Assembly: GCA_046757165.1 (NCBI GenBank)
Contig: JBHHXT010000003.1
Span: forward strand, 36,144-100,143
Direction: 5' to 3'
Source: a bacterium
GTDB lineage: Bacteria > Zhuqueibacterota > Zhuqueibacteria > Oceanimicrobiales > Oceanimicrobiaceae
Length of the DNA: 64,000 bases
A program made the position numbers and the translations under genes. Each line of letters starts with the position of its first letter. The stretch's first letter is position 1. The notes below the pieces were generated by a model, which worked only from the letters and a program-made list of their open reading frames with translations, was not told the origin of the DNA and made no database searches. Shown here piece by piece: positions 9,399 through 17,824 of the stretch.

Positions 9399-11975
9399 TT
9401 AGTTTGAAGGAAAGATTTCAAAAACTAAGTTCGTTGTATCGCCAGCCCGCGCGATAACCGTCCGGCTCAGTTCGTTGTACCCCGCTTTCTTGACTTTGAG
9501 CACGTAGTTGCCCGCTGGCAGCCTGCCAATTCCTTCCCCGTTGACATCGGTTTGGTCGAGGAACGTCTCCTTTGAGCGTATCGGTTCTGTGGCGGTATAG
9601 TAGATGTCCGCCCCCGGGATGGGCACTTCGGTCAAGGCATCCCGTACCGATATTTCAACCATCGTCTTCAGTGGGGGCATCTCGACAACCACAGAGTGGG
9701 CCGCTCCTCCAACCCTGATTTGCTTTCGTTCATACCCCGGCTTCGAGAAAATCGCAGTCAGGGAATAGGCCGGCAGAACGATCTTGAAGGGTGTTTGTTT
9801 GCCTCCCCTGCCCAGGTCCCGGTTGTTATGTCTAATGCTGATGAGCGTCGCACCGATATCCCCTCGTTCGCGGGTACTGCTATCGCGAGCCGAGAATCGA
9901 ACGCTGCGTGAAAGCACGACATTGACGCGCTCACTTGAAGCCTCATCCACCACCACCGTGAGTGTTTTGCTGATAAAGTTGTCCTTTCGCATTTCCAATT
10001 TGTGACGGCCCATTGGAAGCAAGAGCCCGTCACGATTTCCGGCCATGCCAATCATCTGGCCTGTCTTGCGGTCAACGATCTCTACCCCGGATGGCACCGA
10101 TTCGATGAACACCCGTTTCCTGAAAATTCCGGTGATAGCATACTTCCTGTAAGTATCATTATATACGATCAACTCCCACAATCTGCGGTCATCGACTTCA
10201 TCGAGTCCTGAAATTGTGTCGAGAGAATATTCGGCGAGTTTTTCGAACCCTGAACGCTCCAGTTCGATGGCGAGCGGGTGGCCAACTTCCCAGGTAATGG
10301 CGCACGGCGTGCGCTGGTTCAGGCGAATGCCGTTGATATAGACCTGAGCGCCCGGCGGTTCGGAAGCAATTTCAACCTCGGTGGTAAACCGGAACAAATA
10401 GGTTTGATTCCTATCCCCTTCGGCTTCGCCCTGGACGCGAATGTCGCCCTCTCTCGGCACGAACAGGGATTTGACAATGGGTTTGTAGCCGGCCAGACTG
10501 AGTTCCAGTTTATGCACCCCCGGAGCGATCTCATCGATAGCAAGCGGTGTCGTGCCCGCTACTTTCTTGTCGTCGAGAAAGAGCGTGGCATTCTCGGGCA
10601 CGGTGGTGATTTCGATCGCGGGCGGAAAAACAACGTCATAGAGCCAGAGTCCAGCCCGGGTCCAGTGGTTCATGGTATCGAGAGCAAGGAACCCGGCAAC
10701 GGCAATCATTAGGCCGATACAGGCTTGCACAATCCGTTTTTTGTTGTTTCTCGCTGAGATTCGCAGGACATCGATGACGGTCTTCAAATCCTCTTCGCCC
10801 TCGCCCTCGAATTCCATGGTTGAAAAATCTGTTGGAAATTGTTGCTGTGCCGGCCGCGTTCTATCCGGATACGATGGGCTCGCGTGCTTTGGCTGCAGGC
10901 GAGCCTCTGGCGGCAGCACAGGGGTTGGGTTGGCCATCTGCCAGTTGACCGAAGAGGCCAGGCCCGGGTCCTGTGACGTAAGCGGGCTGGATTCGAGCTT
11001 TTCTGGTGTGGTCGTGCTATAGTTTGGCGGAGTGATCGGAGGCGTCTGCACGGTAAACTGGTCGGCGAGATGTGCCGCCAGGTCGTCCATGAGCTCACCC
11101 GTCTCGTTGCTGGCGATCAGGTACTGCAGCAAATCGATGTACATGTGGTTGGCGCTCTGGTAGCGCTTCGACAGGTCGATTTCCAGGGCCCGCAACAAAA
11201 TCTTGACCAGGGCGTGGGGAAGTCTCTTTCCTTTCAGGGCCTTTTTGAACCACTTCGGATTCTTGCCCGCTGCGATCACCTCCTCCTGCGAGGTAAACAA
11301 CCGTTCGCCGGTAATGGCTTCGAACAGCACCAGGCCCAGGGAAAACAAATCCGAGCGGTGGTCGGGGTGATTGCCCATGATGAGCTGTTCCGGTGCCATG
11401 TAAGGAATTTTGCCGCGCAGCTTGCTGTCCTTTTTGGCCTTGTGATGGCGCCGCACCGACGCAATGCCAAAGTCGATGAGTTTGACCGCGCCATAGCGGG
11501 AAATCATGATGTTGGACGGAGAGATATCCTGATGCACCAGGTTTAGCGGCTTGTTGGTGAAGGCATCACGTCGTTGATGCGCATATTCGAGCGCCATGCA
11601 GATTTCCGACACGATGTAGATCCCGAGGTGCGCCGGCATTTTCTGGTTGTATTTTCTGGCGTGACGGTTGATTTTTTCCAAATCGATACCGTCGATATAC
11701 TCCATGATGATATAGAGATGTCTGTCGGTGGTCTTTTTGAGCTCGTAGATGTGAACGATGTTGTTGTGGCTCAGCTTGGCGATGTTGAGCGCCTCTTCCT
11801 GGAACATGTCGAGGTACTTCGGATCATCTAACAGGTTTGGCGCGATCTCCTTGATGGCGACGGGTTTGTTGAGCTTTCTGTCCATTCCGTAGTAAACAAT
11901 TCCGAAGCCACCTTTCTTAATCTCGCGAACGATCTCGTATTTCTCATCTAACATCCGATTGCCATGAAGCGTCAT
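9399..11975 (-). CDS. Transmembrane Hanks-type Ser/Thr protein kinase with PEGA repeats and a C-terminal beta-sandwich domain
   Basis: KGGFGIVY, VAIK, HQDISPSN, DFG, YMAPEQ and DLFSLG; TM segment; PEGA-like segments (TVPENATLF…GTTPL, SEPPGAQVYING). Confidence 0.92.
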   Translation of the reverse strand: MTLHGNRMLDEKYEIVREIKKGGFGIVYYGMDRKLNKPVAIKEIAPNLLDDPKYLDMFQEEALNIAKLSHNNIVHIYELKKTTDRHLYIIMEYIDGIDLEKINRHARKYNQKMPAHLGIYIVSEICMALEYAHQRRDAFTNKPLNLVHQDISPSNIMISRYGAVKLIDFGIASVRRHHKAKKDSKLRGKIPYMAPEQLIMGNHPDHRSDLFSLGLVLFEAITGERLFTSQEEVIAAGKNPKWFKKALKGKRLPHALVKILLRALEIDLSKRYQSANHMYIDLLQYLIASNETGELMDDLAAHLADQFTVQTPPITPPNYSTTTPEKLESSPLTSQDPGLASSVNWQMANPTPVLPPEARLQPKHASPSYPDRTRPAQQQFPTDFSTMEFEGEGEEDLKTVIDVLRISARNNKKRIVQACIGLMIAVAGFLALDTMNHWTRAGLWLYDVVFPPAIEITTVPENATLFLDDKKVAGTTPLAIDEIAPGVHKLELSLAGYKPIVKSLFVPREGDIRVQGEAEGDRNQTYLFRFTTEVEIASEPPGAQVYINGIRLNQRTPCAITWEVGHPLAIELERSGFEKLAEYSLDTISGLDEVDDRRLWELIVYNDTYRKYAITGIFRKRVFIESVPSGVEIVDRKTGQMIGMAGNRDGLLLPMGRHKLEMRKDNFISKTLTVVVDEASSERVNVVLSRSVRFSARDSSTRERGDIGATLISIRHNNRDLGRGGKQTPFKIVLPAYSLTAIFSKPGYERKQIRVGGAAHSVVVEMPPLKTMVEISVRDALTEVPIPGADIYYTATEPIRSKETFLDQTDVNGEGIGRLPAGNYVLKVKKAGYNELSRTVIARAGDTTNLVFEIFPSN

Positions 11976-12066
11976 CCTAGCCGTCGACCTTTTGGAGAGT
12001 TTTCCTGATTAATAGACAGAAGGAAAGAAAATCCATTGTAAAAACCGCTTGATTTGTGTGACCATT

Positions 12067-12082
12067 AGCAATTAGTATGCCA
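12067..12082 (-). promoter_or_regulatory. Sigma54 (-24/-12) promoter upstream of the kinase-pilus operon
   Basis: Minus strand reads TGGCATACTAATTGCT, giving GG-N10-GC with TGGCA and TTGC consensus, about 90 nt upstream of the kinase ATG. Confidence 0.75.
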
Positions 12083-12291
12083 CTCGAATGTTATGTGCTC
12101 AAATCGCGATATGTTGCGGCATTTCAACCGGTTGCTTTCACCGGGCTCCTGGAGATCAGGCAGGGAATGCCTGTGTCCTTTTGATTCAGGTGTACGATTA
12201 CTGGACAGCACTCTGGACAGGAATGAGGTCAAAATTTACCTAAATAATAAATTTATTTAAGATTAGTAATGCTGCCGGTGCGCTTTTTTTC

Positions 12292-12320
12292 TTGCATTTC
12301 AAGGGCTTTTGTCCTATCTT
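12292..12320 (+). promoter_or_regulatory. Putative sigma70 promoter for the rsbU/W/V-mla operon
   Basis: TTGCAT-N17-TATCTT upstream of the ATG at 12366. Confidence 0.5.
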
Positions 12321-12365
12321 TTAATAAACTTTCAACCTGGGCACCCTTTTTCAACGCAACAACCT

Positions 12366-13697
12366 ATGCTTGAAGATAAGCAAGACGTCACGCTGGCCGC
12401 ACGCGACCCGCTCAACGATCCACAAGATGAACTTGCTTATTTGCGCTCCAAAGTCGCCGATCTATCCAGCCTGATCGAAGTCAGCATCATTATCAACACG
12501 ACCCTGGAGTTGGAACGCTTAATGGCTCTGGTCATGGAGAAAGCCCAGAGCGTGATGAAAGCTGAAGCAAGCTCTGTCATGTTGATCAATGAGCAGAGTC
12601 ATGTGCTGGAATGCGAAGTGGCGCTCGGCAAAGTCGGAGACAAAGTCAAGAAGATTCAGCTTCAGATGGGTGAGGGCATTGCGGGCTGGGTAGCACAACA
12701 CGGCGAAGCACTCATCATTCCCGACGTCTCAGTTGATTCCCGGTTCTCTGCCAAAGCCGACGACTCGACGGGCTTTCATACGAAATCTATCCTGGCCGCC
12801 CCATTGGTGGTGAAAGACAAGATTATCGGTGTGGCCGAGGTGGTCAACCGTATCGATGGGCTGGCATTCAATCAGGAAGATCTGGAGCTGTTTTCCACAT
12901 TTTGCCGGCAGGTCGCCATGGCGATCGAAAACGCGCGCATGCACAAGCTGGAGCTCGAGAAGCAGAAGCTGGAGCAGGAGCTCGAGTCGGCAAGAATCAT
13001 TCAGCAAAGCTTCATGCCACAGGCATTTCCGTCGCCCGAGCGCGAGTTTTCGATTTCAGCCAAGAGTCTTCCGGCGGCTTCCGTCGGGGGTGATTTTTTT
13101 GATTTTTATGAATTTGACAACGGTTCTATCGGCATCGCCGTTGGCGACGTGACGGGCAAGGGCATCCCGGCCGCTCTTTATATGGCGAGGCTGGTCAGCG
13201 ATTTGCGTTTGTTTACGCAAAAGTACAGGAACCCGGCCAGGGTGGTGCACGAGCTCAACGAGCTGCTTGCTGACCGCAGTCGGCGGGGAATGTTTGTTAC
13301 TTTTCAATATGGCATTTTCGACCCGGAACAGCGGAGATTTACGTTTGCCAATGCTGGCCATCTCCCTTTTGTTAGAATTCATTCATCGCAAGACAGAGTT
13401 GAAGTCTTGACCGGCGGGAAAGGCATTCCCCTCGGGATCATGTCAGACATGAATATCGAGGAAGCGTCTGTCGTGCTAGAAAAGGGCGACTGCATCGTAT
13501 CGATAACAGACGGCATCATTGAAGCCAAAAATAGTTCAGGCGAGGCCTACTCACTGCGGCGCACTTTGGAGGTGCTGGCGAAACCTCAGACGCGCGCTGC
13601 CGCTGTAGTCGACTGTCTCCTACAAGATGTGCAGGCTTTCACTGCGGACACCGCGCAGCATGATGACTTAACCATCTTAGCCTTGAAATGGAACTGA
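12366..13697 (+). CDS. GAF plus SpoIIE/PP2C phosphatase (RsbU-like)
   Basis: GAF domain (GEGIAGWV…KSILAAPL) and SpoIIE motifs VGGDFFD, GDVTGKG, NAGH, TDGIIE, DDLT. Start moved to ATG 12366. Confidence 0.92.
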   Translation: MLEDKQDVTLAARDPLNDPQDELAYLRSKVADLSSLIEVSIIINTTLELERLMALVMEKAQSVMKAEASSVMLINEQSHVLECEVALGKVGDKVKKIQLQMGEGIAGWVAQHGEALIIPDVSVDSRFSAKADDSTGFHTKSILAAPLVVKDKIIGVAEVVNRIDGLAFNQEDLELFSTFCRQVAMAIENARMHKLELEKQKLEQELESARIIQQSFMPQAFPSPEREFSISAKSLPAASVGGDFFDFYEFDNGSIGIAVGDVTGKGIPAALYMARLVSDLRLFTQKYRNPARVVHELNELLADRSRRGMFVTFQYGIFDPEQRRFTFANAGHLPFVRIHSSQDRVEVLTGGKGIPLGIMSDMNIEEASVVLEKGDCIVSITDGIIEAKNSSGEAYSLRRTLEVLAKPQTRAAAVVDCLLQDVQAFTADTAQHDDLTILALKWN

Positions 13698-13756
13698 AAT
13701 CCGGCATCCTTTCGCGCAGTCCCAATCCAATATCATCGATTTAGGAGTGAGCATTC

Positions 13757-14179
13757 GTGAACGAGATCATCATCAAACTGCCCAGTGATCCTCGATTCCT
13801 GAAGATCGTTCGAGGCGGCATTGCGCACCTCGGCGAGCTATGTGGATTCTCCGACGAGGAGTGCAATGCGGTCACGATAGCAGTCGATGAGGCGATTTCC
13901 AATATCATCAAGCATACCTACAACGGCGACAGAGAGCAACTCATCGTGGTGAATTTCAAGCTCCTGGAGGACCGCCTGGAAGTTGTCCTGCGCGATTTTG
14001 GCAAAAAAGTCGATCCAAAGACCATCAAGTCTCGCAACCTGGACGACATCAGACCCGGGGGACTGGGGGTGCATTTGATCAAGACAACCATGGATGTGGT
14101 CAATTATGATACTTCTCTGGAGGTAGGCAATCAATTAATTATGGCTAAGTACTTACCCGGAAGAAAAGAGGCGAGTTGA
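13757..14179 (+). CDS. rsbW: Anti-sigma-factor-type Ser kinase (RsbW/SpoIIAB family)
   Basis: AVDEAISNIIKH, RDFG and GGLGVHLI HATPase motifs. Confidence 0.9.
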   Translation: MNEIIIKLPSDPRFLKIVRGGIAHLGELCGFSDEECNAVTIAVDEAISNIIKHTYNGDREQLIVVNFKLLEDRLEVVLRDFGKKVDPKTIKSRNLDDIRPGGLGVHLIKTTMDVVNYDTSLEVGNQLIMAKYLPGRKEAS

Positions 14180-14514
14180 TGTTGTTACTTAAGGTCCGCA
14201 AAGAAGATAACTGTTCTATTGTACAAATTGAGGGCGAAGTGGATCTATATTCATCCCCTGAACTGCGCAAGAAATTGATGGAATTAACCGGTGCCGAGGA
14301 GAAAGCGATCGTGGTCGACCTGCGAAAAGTCAGGTACATGGACAGTTCAGGCGTCGCCACCCTGGTAGAAACGTTGCAGCAGGTGGGCAAATATGGCGGT
14401 AAGTTGAAATTGGCCAATCTGCGCGATGCGGTCAAAGACGTTTTCGAGCTGAGCCGCCTCGACAAGGTGTTTGACATCTTCGAAACCGTTCAACAAGCAA
14501 AGCAGACCGGTTAA
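14176..14514 (+). CDS. rsbV: STAS-domain anti-anti-sigma protein (RsbV/SpoIIAA family)
   Basis: GEVDLYSSPELR and YMDSSG with the phosphoacceptor Ser; overlaps the rsbW stop. Confidence 0.9.
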   Translation: MMLLLKVRKEDNCSIVQIEGEVDLYSSPELRKKLMELTGAEEKAIVVDLRKVRYMDSSGVATLVETLQQVGKYGGKLKLANLRDAVKDVFELSRLDKVFDIFETVQQAKQTG

Positions 14515-14520
14515 TCGGGC

Positions 14521-15324
14521 ATGGAGTACGTTGCGAAAATCTTCGGCAACATTGGACGCTACGCTCTGGACTTATTGGCGCAACTGAGCCGAGTGGCACA
14601 CCTGGCAGGACAGACGTTCTATTGGATATTTGTCGGGCCGTTCAAAGGCAAAAGCTGGCGATGGCAAAGCACGGTCGAGCAGATGGTGCGGATTGGCTAT
14701 CAATCCATCCCCATCGTGACGTTGATCTCTTTCTTTGTGGGTCTGATCATTGCCATGCAATCGGCGTATCAACTGGAGCAACTGGGCGCCACGATTTATG
14801 TGGCCAACCTGGTGGCCGTTTCGATCACCCGCGAGCTGGCGCCGTTGCTGACCGCCATCGTCATCGCCGGACGCAGCGGCTCCGCAATCACCGCTGAGAT
14901 CGGCACCATGAAGGTTTCGGAGGAGATCGATGCCCTGAAAACCATGGGGTTCAACCCGATCAGGTTTCTGGTGGTGCCGAAAACCATCGCGATGATTGTC
15001 ATGCTGCCGACCTTGACGATTATGGCCGACTTCATCGGAATCTCTGGCGGGTATATGATTTCGATGGCAACCCTGGATATTACCAGCGTGCGATACATCA
15101 ACCAGACGATGTCCGCACTCTTTTTCCGAGATCTGGCAAGCGGCCTGGTGAAAAGTTTTTTCTTTGCCATCATCATTGCCAAGATTGGCTGCTATGAAGG
15201 GTTTAATGTGGAGGGTGGGGCAGAGGGCGTCGGAAAGTCGACCACCCGCTCTGTGGTCGCCTCTATCTTCTTGATCATCGCGGCCGATGTTTTTTTCACT
15301 GCGCTCTTCTTCTCGACGTTTTGA
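14521..15324 (+). CDS. mlaE: MlaE-family ABC permease
   Basis: RELAPLLTAIVIAGRSGSAITAEIGTMKVSEEIDAL and GAEGVGKSTT. Confidence 0.95.
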   Translation: MEYVAKIFGNIGRYALDLLAQLSRVAHLAGQTFYWIFVGPFKGKSWRWQSTVEQMVRIGYQSIPIVTLISFFVGLIIAMQSAYQLEQLGATIYVANLVAVSITRELAPLLTAIVIAGRSGSAITAEIGTMKVSEEIDALKTMGFNPIRFLVVPKTIAMIVMLPTLTIMADFIGISGGYMISMATLDITSVRYINQTMSALFFRDLASGLVKSFFFAIIIAKIGCYEGFNVEGGAEGVGKSTTRSVVASIFLIIAADVFFTALFFSTF

Positions 15325-15325
15325 T

Positions 15326-16114
15326 ATGGCAGAACCGATTATCGAAATAAAGGATTTGGTGGTCAAGTATGGCGCCCGAACCGTCTTGGACGGGGTCGAC
15401 TTGACGATTCATAAGGGGGAGTCCATCGCCATCCTGGGCAAATCTGGCTGCGGGAAGAGCACGCTGCTCAGGCATATCATCGGTCTGTCCAGGCCCGCTG
15501 CAGGACAAATTCTGATCAAGGGAATAGACATCACGTTCATGCAGGAGGATGAGAAGACCGAGGTCCTGAAAAAAATCGGCATGCTCTTCCAGTCCGCCGC
15601 CTTGTTCAACTCCATGACGGTTGGGGATAATGTCGCCTTACCTCTAAGGGAGCATACGGTGCTCGAAGAAAGCACCATCAGAATCATGACCAACATGAAG
15701 CTGGGGATGGTGGGGCTTGCGGGGTTTGAAAAATTTCGGCCCTCGCAGCTTTCAGGGGGCATGAAAAAGCGGGCGGGACTGGCGCGGGCCCTGGCTATGG
15801 ATCCTGAGATTCTATTCTGCGATGAGCCCTCTGCTGGCCTGGACCCGGTCGTGGCGGCTGGCCTTGACCAACTGATCGTGCAGTTGAAGAAGGCGTACAA
15901 AATGACTATCGTGACCGTGACACACGAAATGGCGTCGGTGGAGATCATCGCCGATCGCATCGCGATGATGCACGATGGCAAGATTCTGGCAGTCGGCAAA
16001 CCACAGGAGCTCAAAAGCATGCGCAATCCTGTGATTCAACAATTCTTCAACCGGGAGCCGGATGATGAGGAAATAGACAGAGAACGCTATGTGCTTTCGC
16101 TGACAGGCGGCTGA
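15326..16114 (+). CDS. mlaF: MlaF-family ABC ATPase
   Basis: GKSGCGKS, LSGGMKKRAGLARA, CDEPSAGLDP and VTH; start at ATG 15326. Confidence 0.95.
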   Translation: MAEPIIEIKDLVVKYGARTVLDGVDLTIHKGESIAILGKSGCGKSTLLRHIIGLSRPAAGQILIKGIDITFMQEDEKTEVLKKIGMLFQSAALFNSMTVGDNVALPLREHTVLEESTIRIMTNMKLGMVGLAGFEKFRPSQLSGGMKKRAGLARALAMDPEILFCDEPSAGLDPVVAAGLDQLIVQLKKAYKMTIVTVTHEMASVEIIADRIAMMHDGKILAVGKPQELKSMRNPVIQQFFNREPDDEEIDRERYVLSLTGG

Positions 16115-16223
16115 GCACAAAAAGATCCTTTCAGGACGACAGAAAAATAGCATGAATAACCTTAATCCGACAAGCTCGAGGCCAACAGCAACAGCCAACA
16201 GCTAACCACGGAGATCTTTGATT

Positions 16224-17126
16224 ATGGAGTATACTTCTAGTGAAGTCAAGGTTGGCGCGATGCTGGTGGTCGGCTTCGGCCTGTTTGTTGCTTTCTTGAT
16301 CGCCATTTTTGGCGTCACCTGGAACGAAAACACGAATGAATATCAAACCTGTTTGAAACAGATTCCCGGGATTGTTGAAGGGTCTTTAGTAAAATATGGC
16401 GGCATGGATGTCGGCGTTGTCACGGAGATTGCCCTGCCAGGCAGCGAGGATGAAGAAGCGCTAATTCGGCTGAAACTCGAAGTTGATGGCAAGACGCCCG
16501 TGCGAATGAACTCGCTGGCCTTTGTCACCTCCATCGGCATCATGTCTGACCAGCATATCGAAATCTCGCCCGGGTCACCTGATAGCCCCATCATGCCATC
16601 GGGCGGCACCTTGCAAAGCAAGGAAATCGTGAGTTTCATGCAGATGGCTGAGCCATTCAGCGAAATGAGCAACAAATTGCAAGTGCTGATTGAACGCACG
16701 AGCGAGATACTTAACGAGGAGAACCAGGCACACCTGGCCTCAACGATGGCGAGCATTGACCGGCTGGTCACGGACGGGGGAGACAGATTTGTCGAACTGG
16801 TAGACAATCTGGATACCCTGACCCGCAATCTCGCCGAGGTCAGCCAGAGCCTGAACGCCCTGATGGCCGACAATAAGGACAACTTTGACGAAACCCTGGC
16901 TCATCTCGAAACCACCACCAGAGAGACCAGCGCGCTGATCAGTGACGTGCGTAGAGCATTAGGCGAGTTTGAAAGCATGATTTCAGCCAATGGTGCGAGC
17001 TTCGTTGAAATCATGGAGAATTTTCAATATACCTCCCAGAATCTGGAGGAATTTACGAGAATCGTTAAGGAACGTCCGTGGTTGCTTGTCCGAAAAGCCG
17101 CACCCCCGGAAAGGAAATTTCCTTAG
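16224..17126 (+). CDS. mlaD: MCE/MlaD-family protein with a long helical C-terminal region
   Basis: EVKVG, TM segment, GSLVKYGGMDVG, IEISPG; coiled region ending ERPWLL. Confidence 0.9.
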   Translation: MEYTSSEVKVGAMLVVGFGLFVAFLIAIFGVTWNENTNEYQTCLKQIPGIVEGSLVKYGGMDVGVVTEIALPGSEDEEALIRLKLEVDGKTPVRMNSLAFVTSIGIMSDQHIEISPGSPDSPIMPSGGTLQSKEIVSFMQMAEPFSEMSNKLQVLIERTSEILNEENQAHLASTMASIDRLVTDGGDRFVELVDNLDTLTRNLAEVSQSLNALMADNKDNFDETLAHLETTTRETSALISDVRRALGEFESMISANGASFVEIMENFQYTSQNLEEFTRIVKERPWLLVRKAAPPERKFP

Positions 17127-17149
17127 TCATCAAAGCTCAGGGGCGTTTA

Positions 17150-17773
17150 ATGAAAAAACACGCATCAGTGGCATTGAGTTTACTGGTTTCATTTATCCTT
17201 ACGGCATGCGGCAGCATTCCGCCGACCTATTATTATCGCGTGCACTACCCGGCGCACAGCTCCAACAACCGAAGTCCACATCTTCTCAAGACGCTTGCAG
17301 TCGCGCAATTCAGCGCGGATGTCCTGTACCAGGGAGATAAGATCGTCTTTCGGGCTTCGCCGTACGAGGCGCAGTTCTACCATTATCGTCGGTGGGTTGC
17401 CCCTCCCAAGAAGATTGTCACTGAAAAAGTGGTGAGACAATACCGGCAAGCAAGTCTGTTTGAAAAGGTTGTTCGGATTCCGTCGACGGTTCCAATCGAC
17501 TATGTTCTCAAAGGCCATATCCAGGCTTTTGAAGAATGGGATGAAAGCAGCAGCTGGTATGGCATCGTGACCATCGAGTTTGCGCTGCACGAGGCGAACA
17601 GCGATTCCATCGTCTGGGAGAAAGTCATAACCGAGAGGACTCCGGCCGGCAAAAAGGAGCCGGTCGAAGTCGTCAAAGCGATCAGCGAAAGTCTCAACAA
17701 AGTCGTGACACGCTCAATAGCAGATATCAGAGAAGCGTTGAAAGCTAGTAAGACCGTTGAGCGAAATAATTAG
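17150..17773 (+). CDS. ABC-transport auxiliary outer-membrane lipoprotein (PqiC-like)
   Basis: Lipobox LTAC, TYYY and YHYRRWVAPP motifs; follows mlaD. Confidence 0.8.
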   Translation: MKKHASVALSLLVSFILTACGSIPPTYYYRVHYPAHSSNNRSPHLLKTLAVAQFSADVLYQGDKIVFRASPYEAQFYHYRRWVAPPKKIVTEKVVRQYRQASLFEKVVRIPSTVPIDYVLKGHIQAFEEWDESSSWYGIVTIEFALHEANSDSIVWEKVITERTPAGKKEPVEVVKAISESLNKVVTRSIADIREALKASKTVERNN

Positions 17774-17782
17774 GGTGTGCTT

Positions 17783-17798
17783 TGGCACCTTTGTTGAT
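17783..17798 (+). promoter_or_regulatory. Possible sigma54-like promoter with a -12 mismatch
   Basis: TGGCACCTTTGTTGAT (GG-N10-GA) just upstream of the NtrC-like gene. Confidence 0.3.
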
Positions 17799-17824
17799 AG
17801 TTGGCAAACCACATAGGGGAAACG

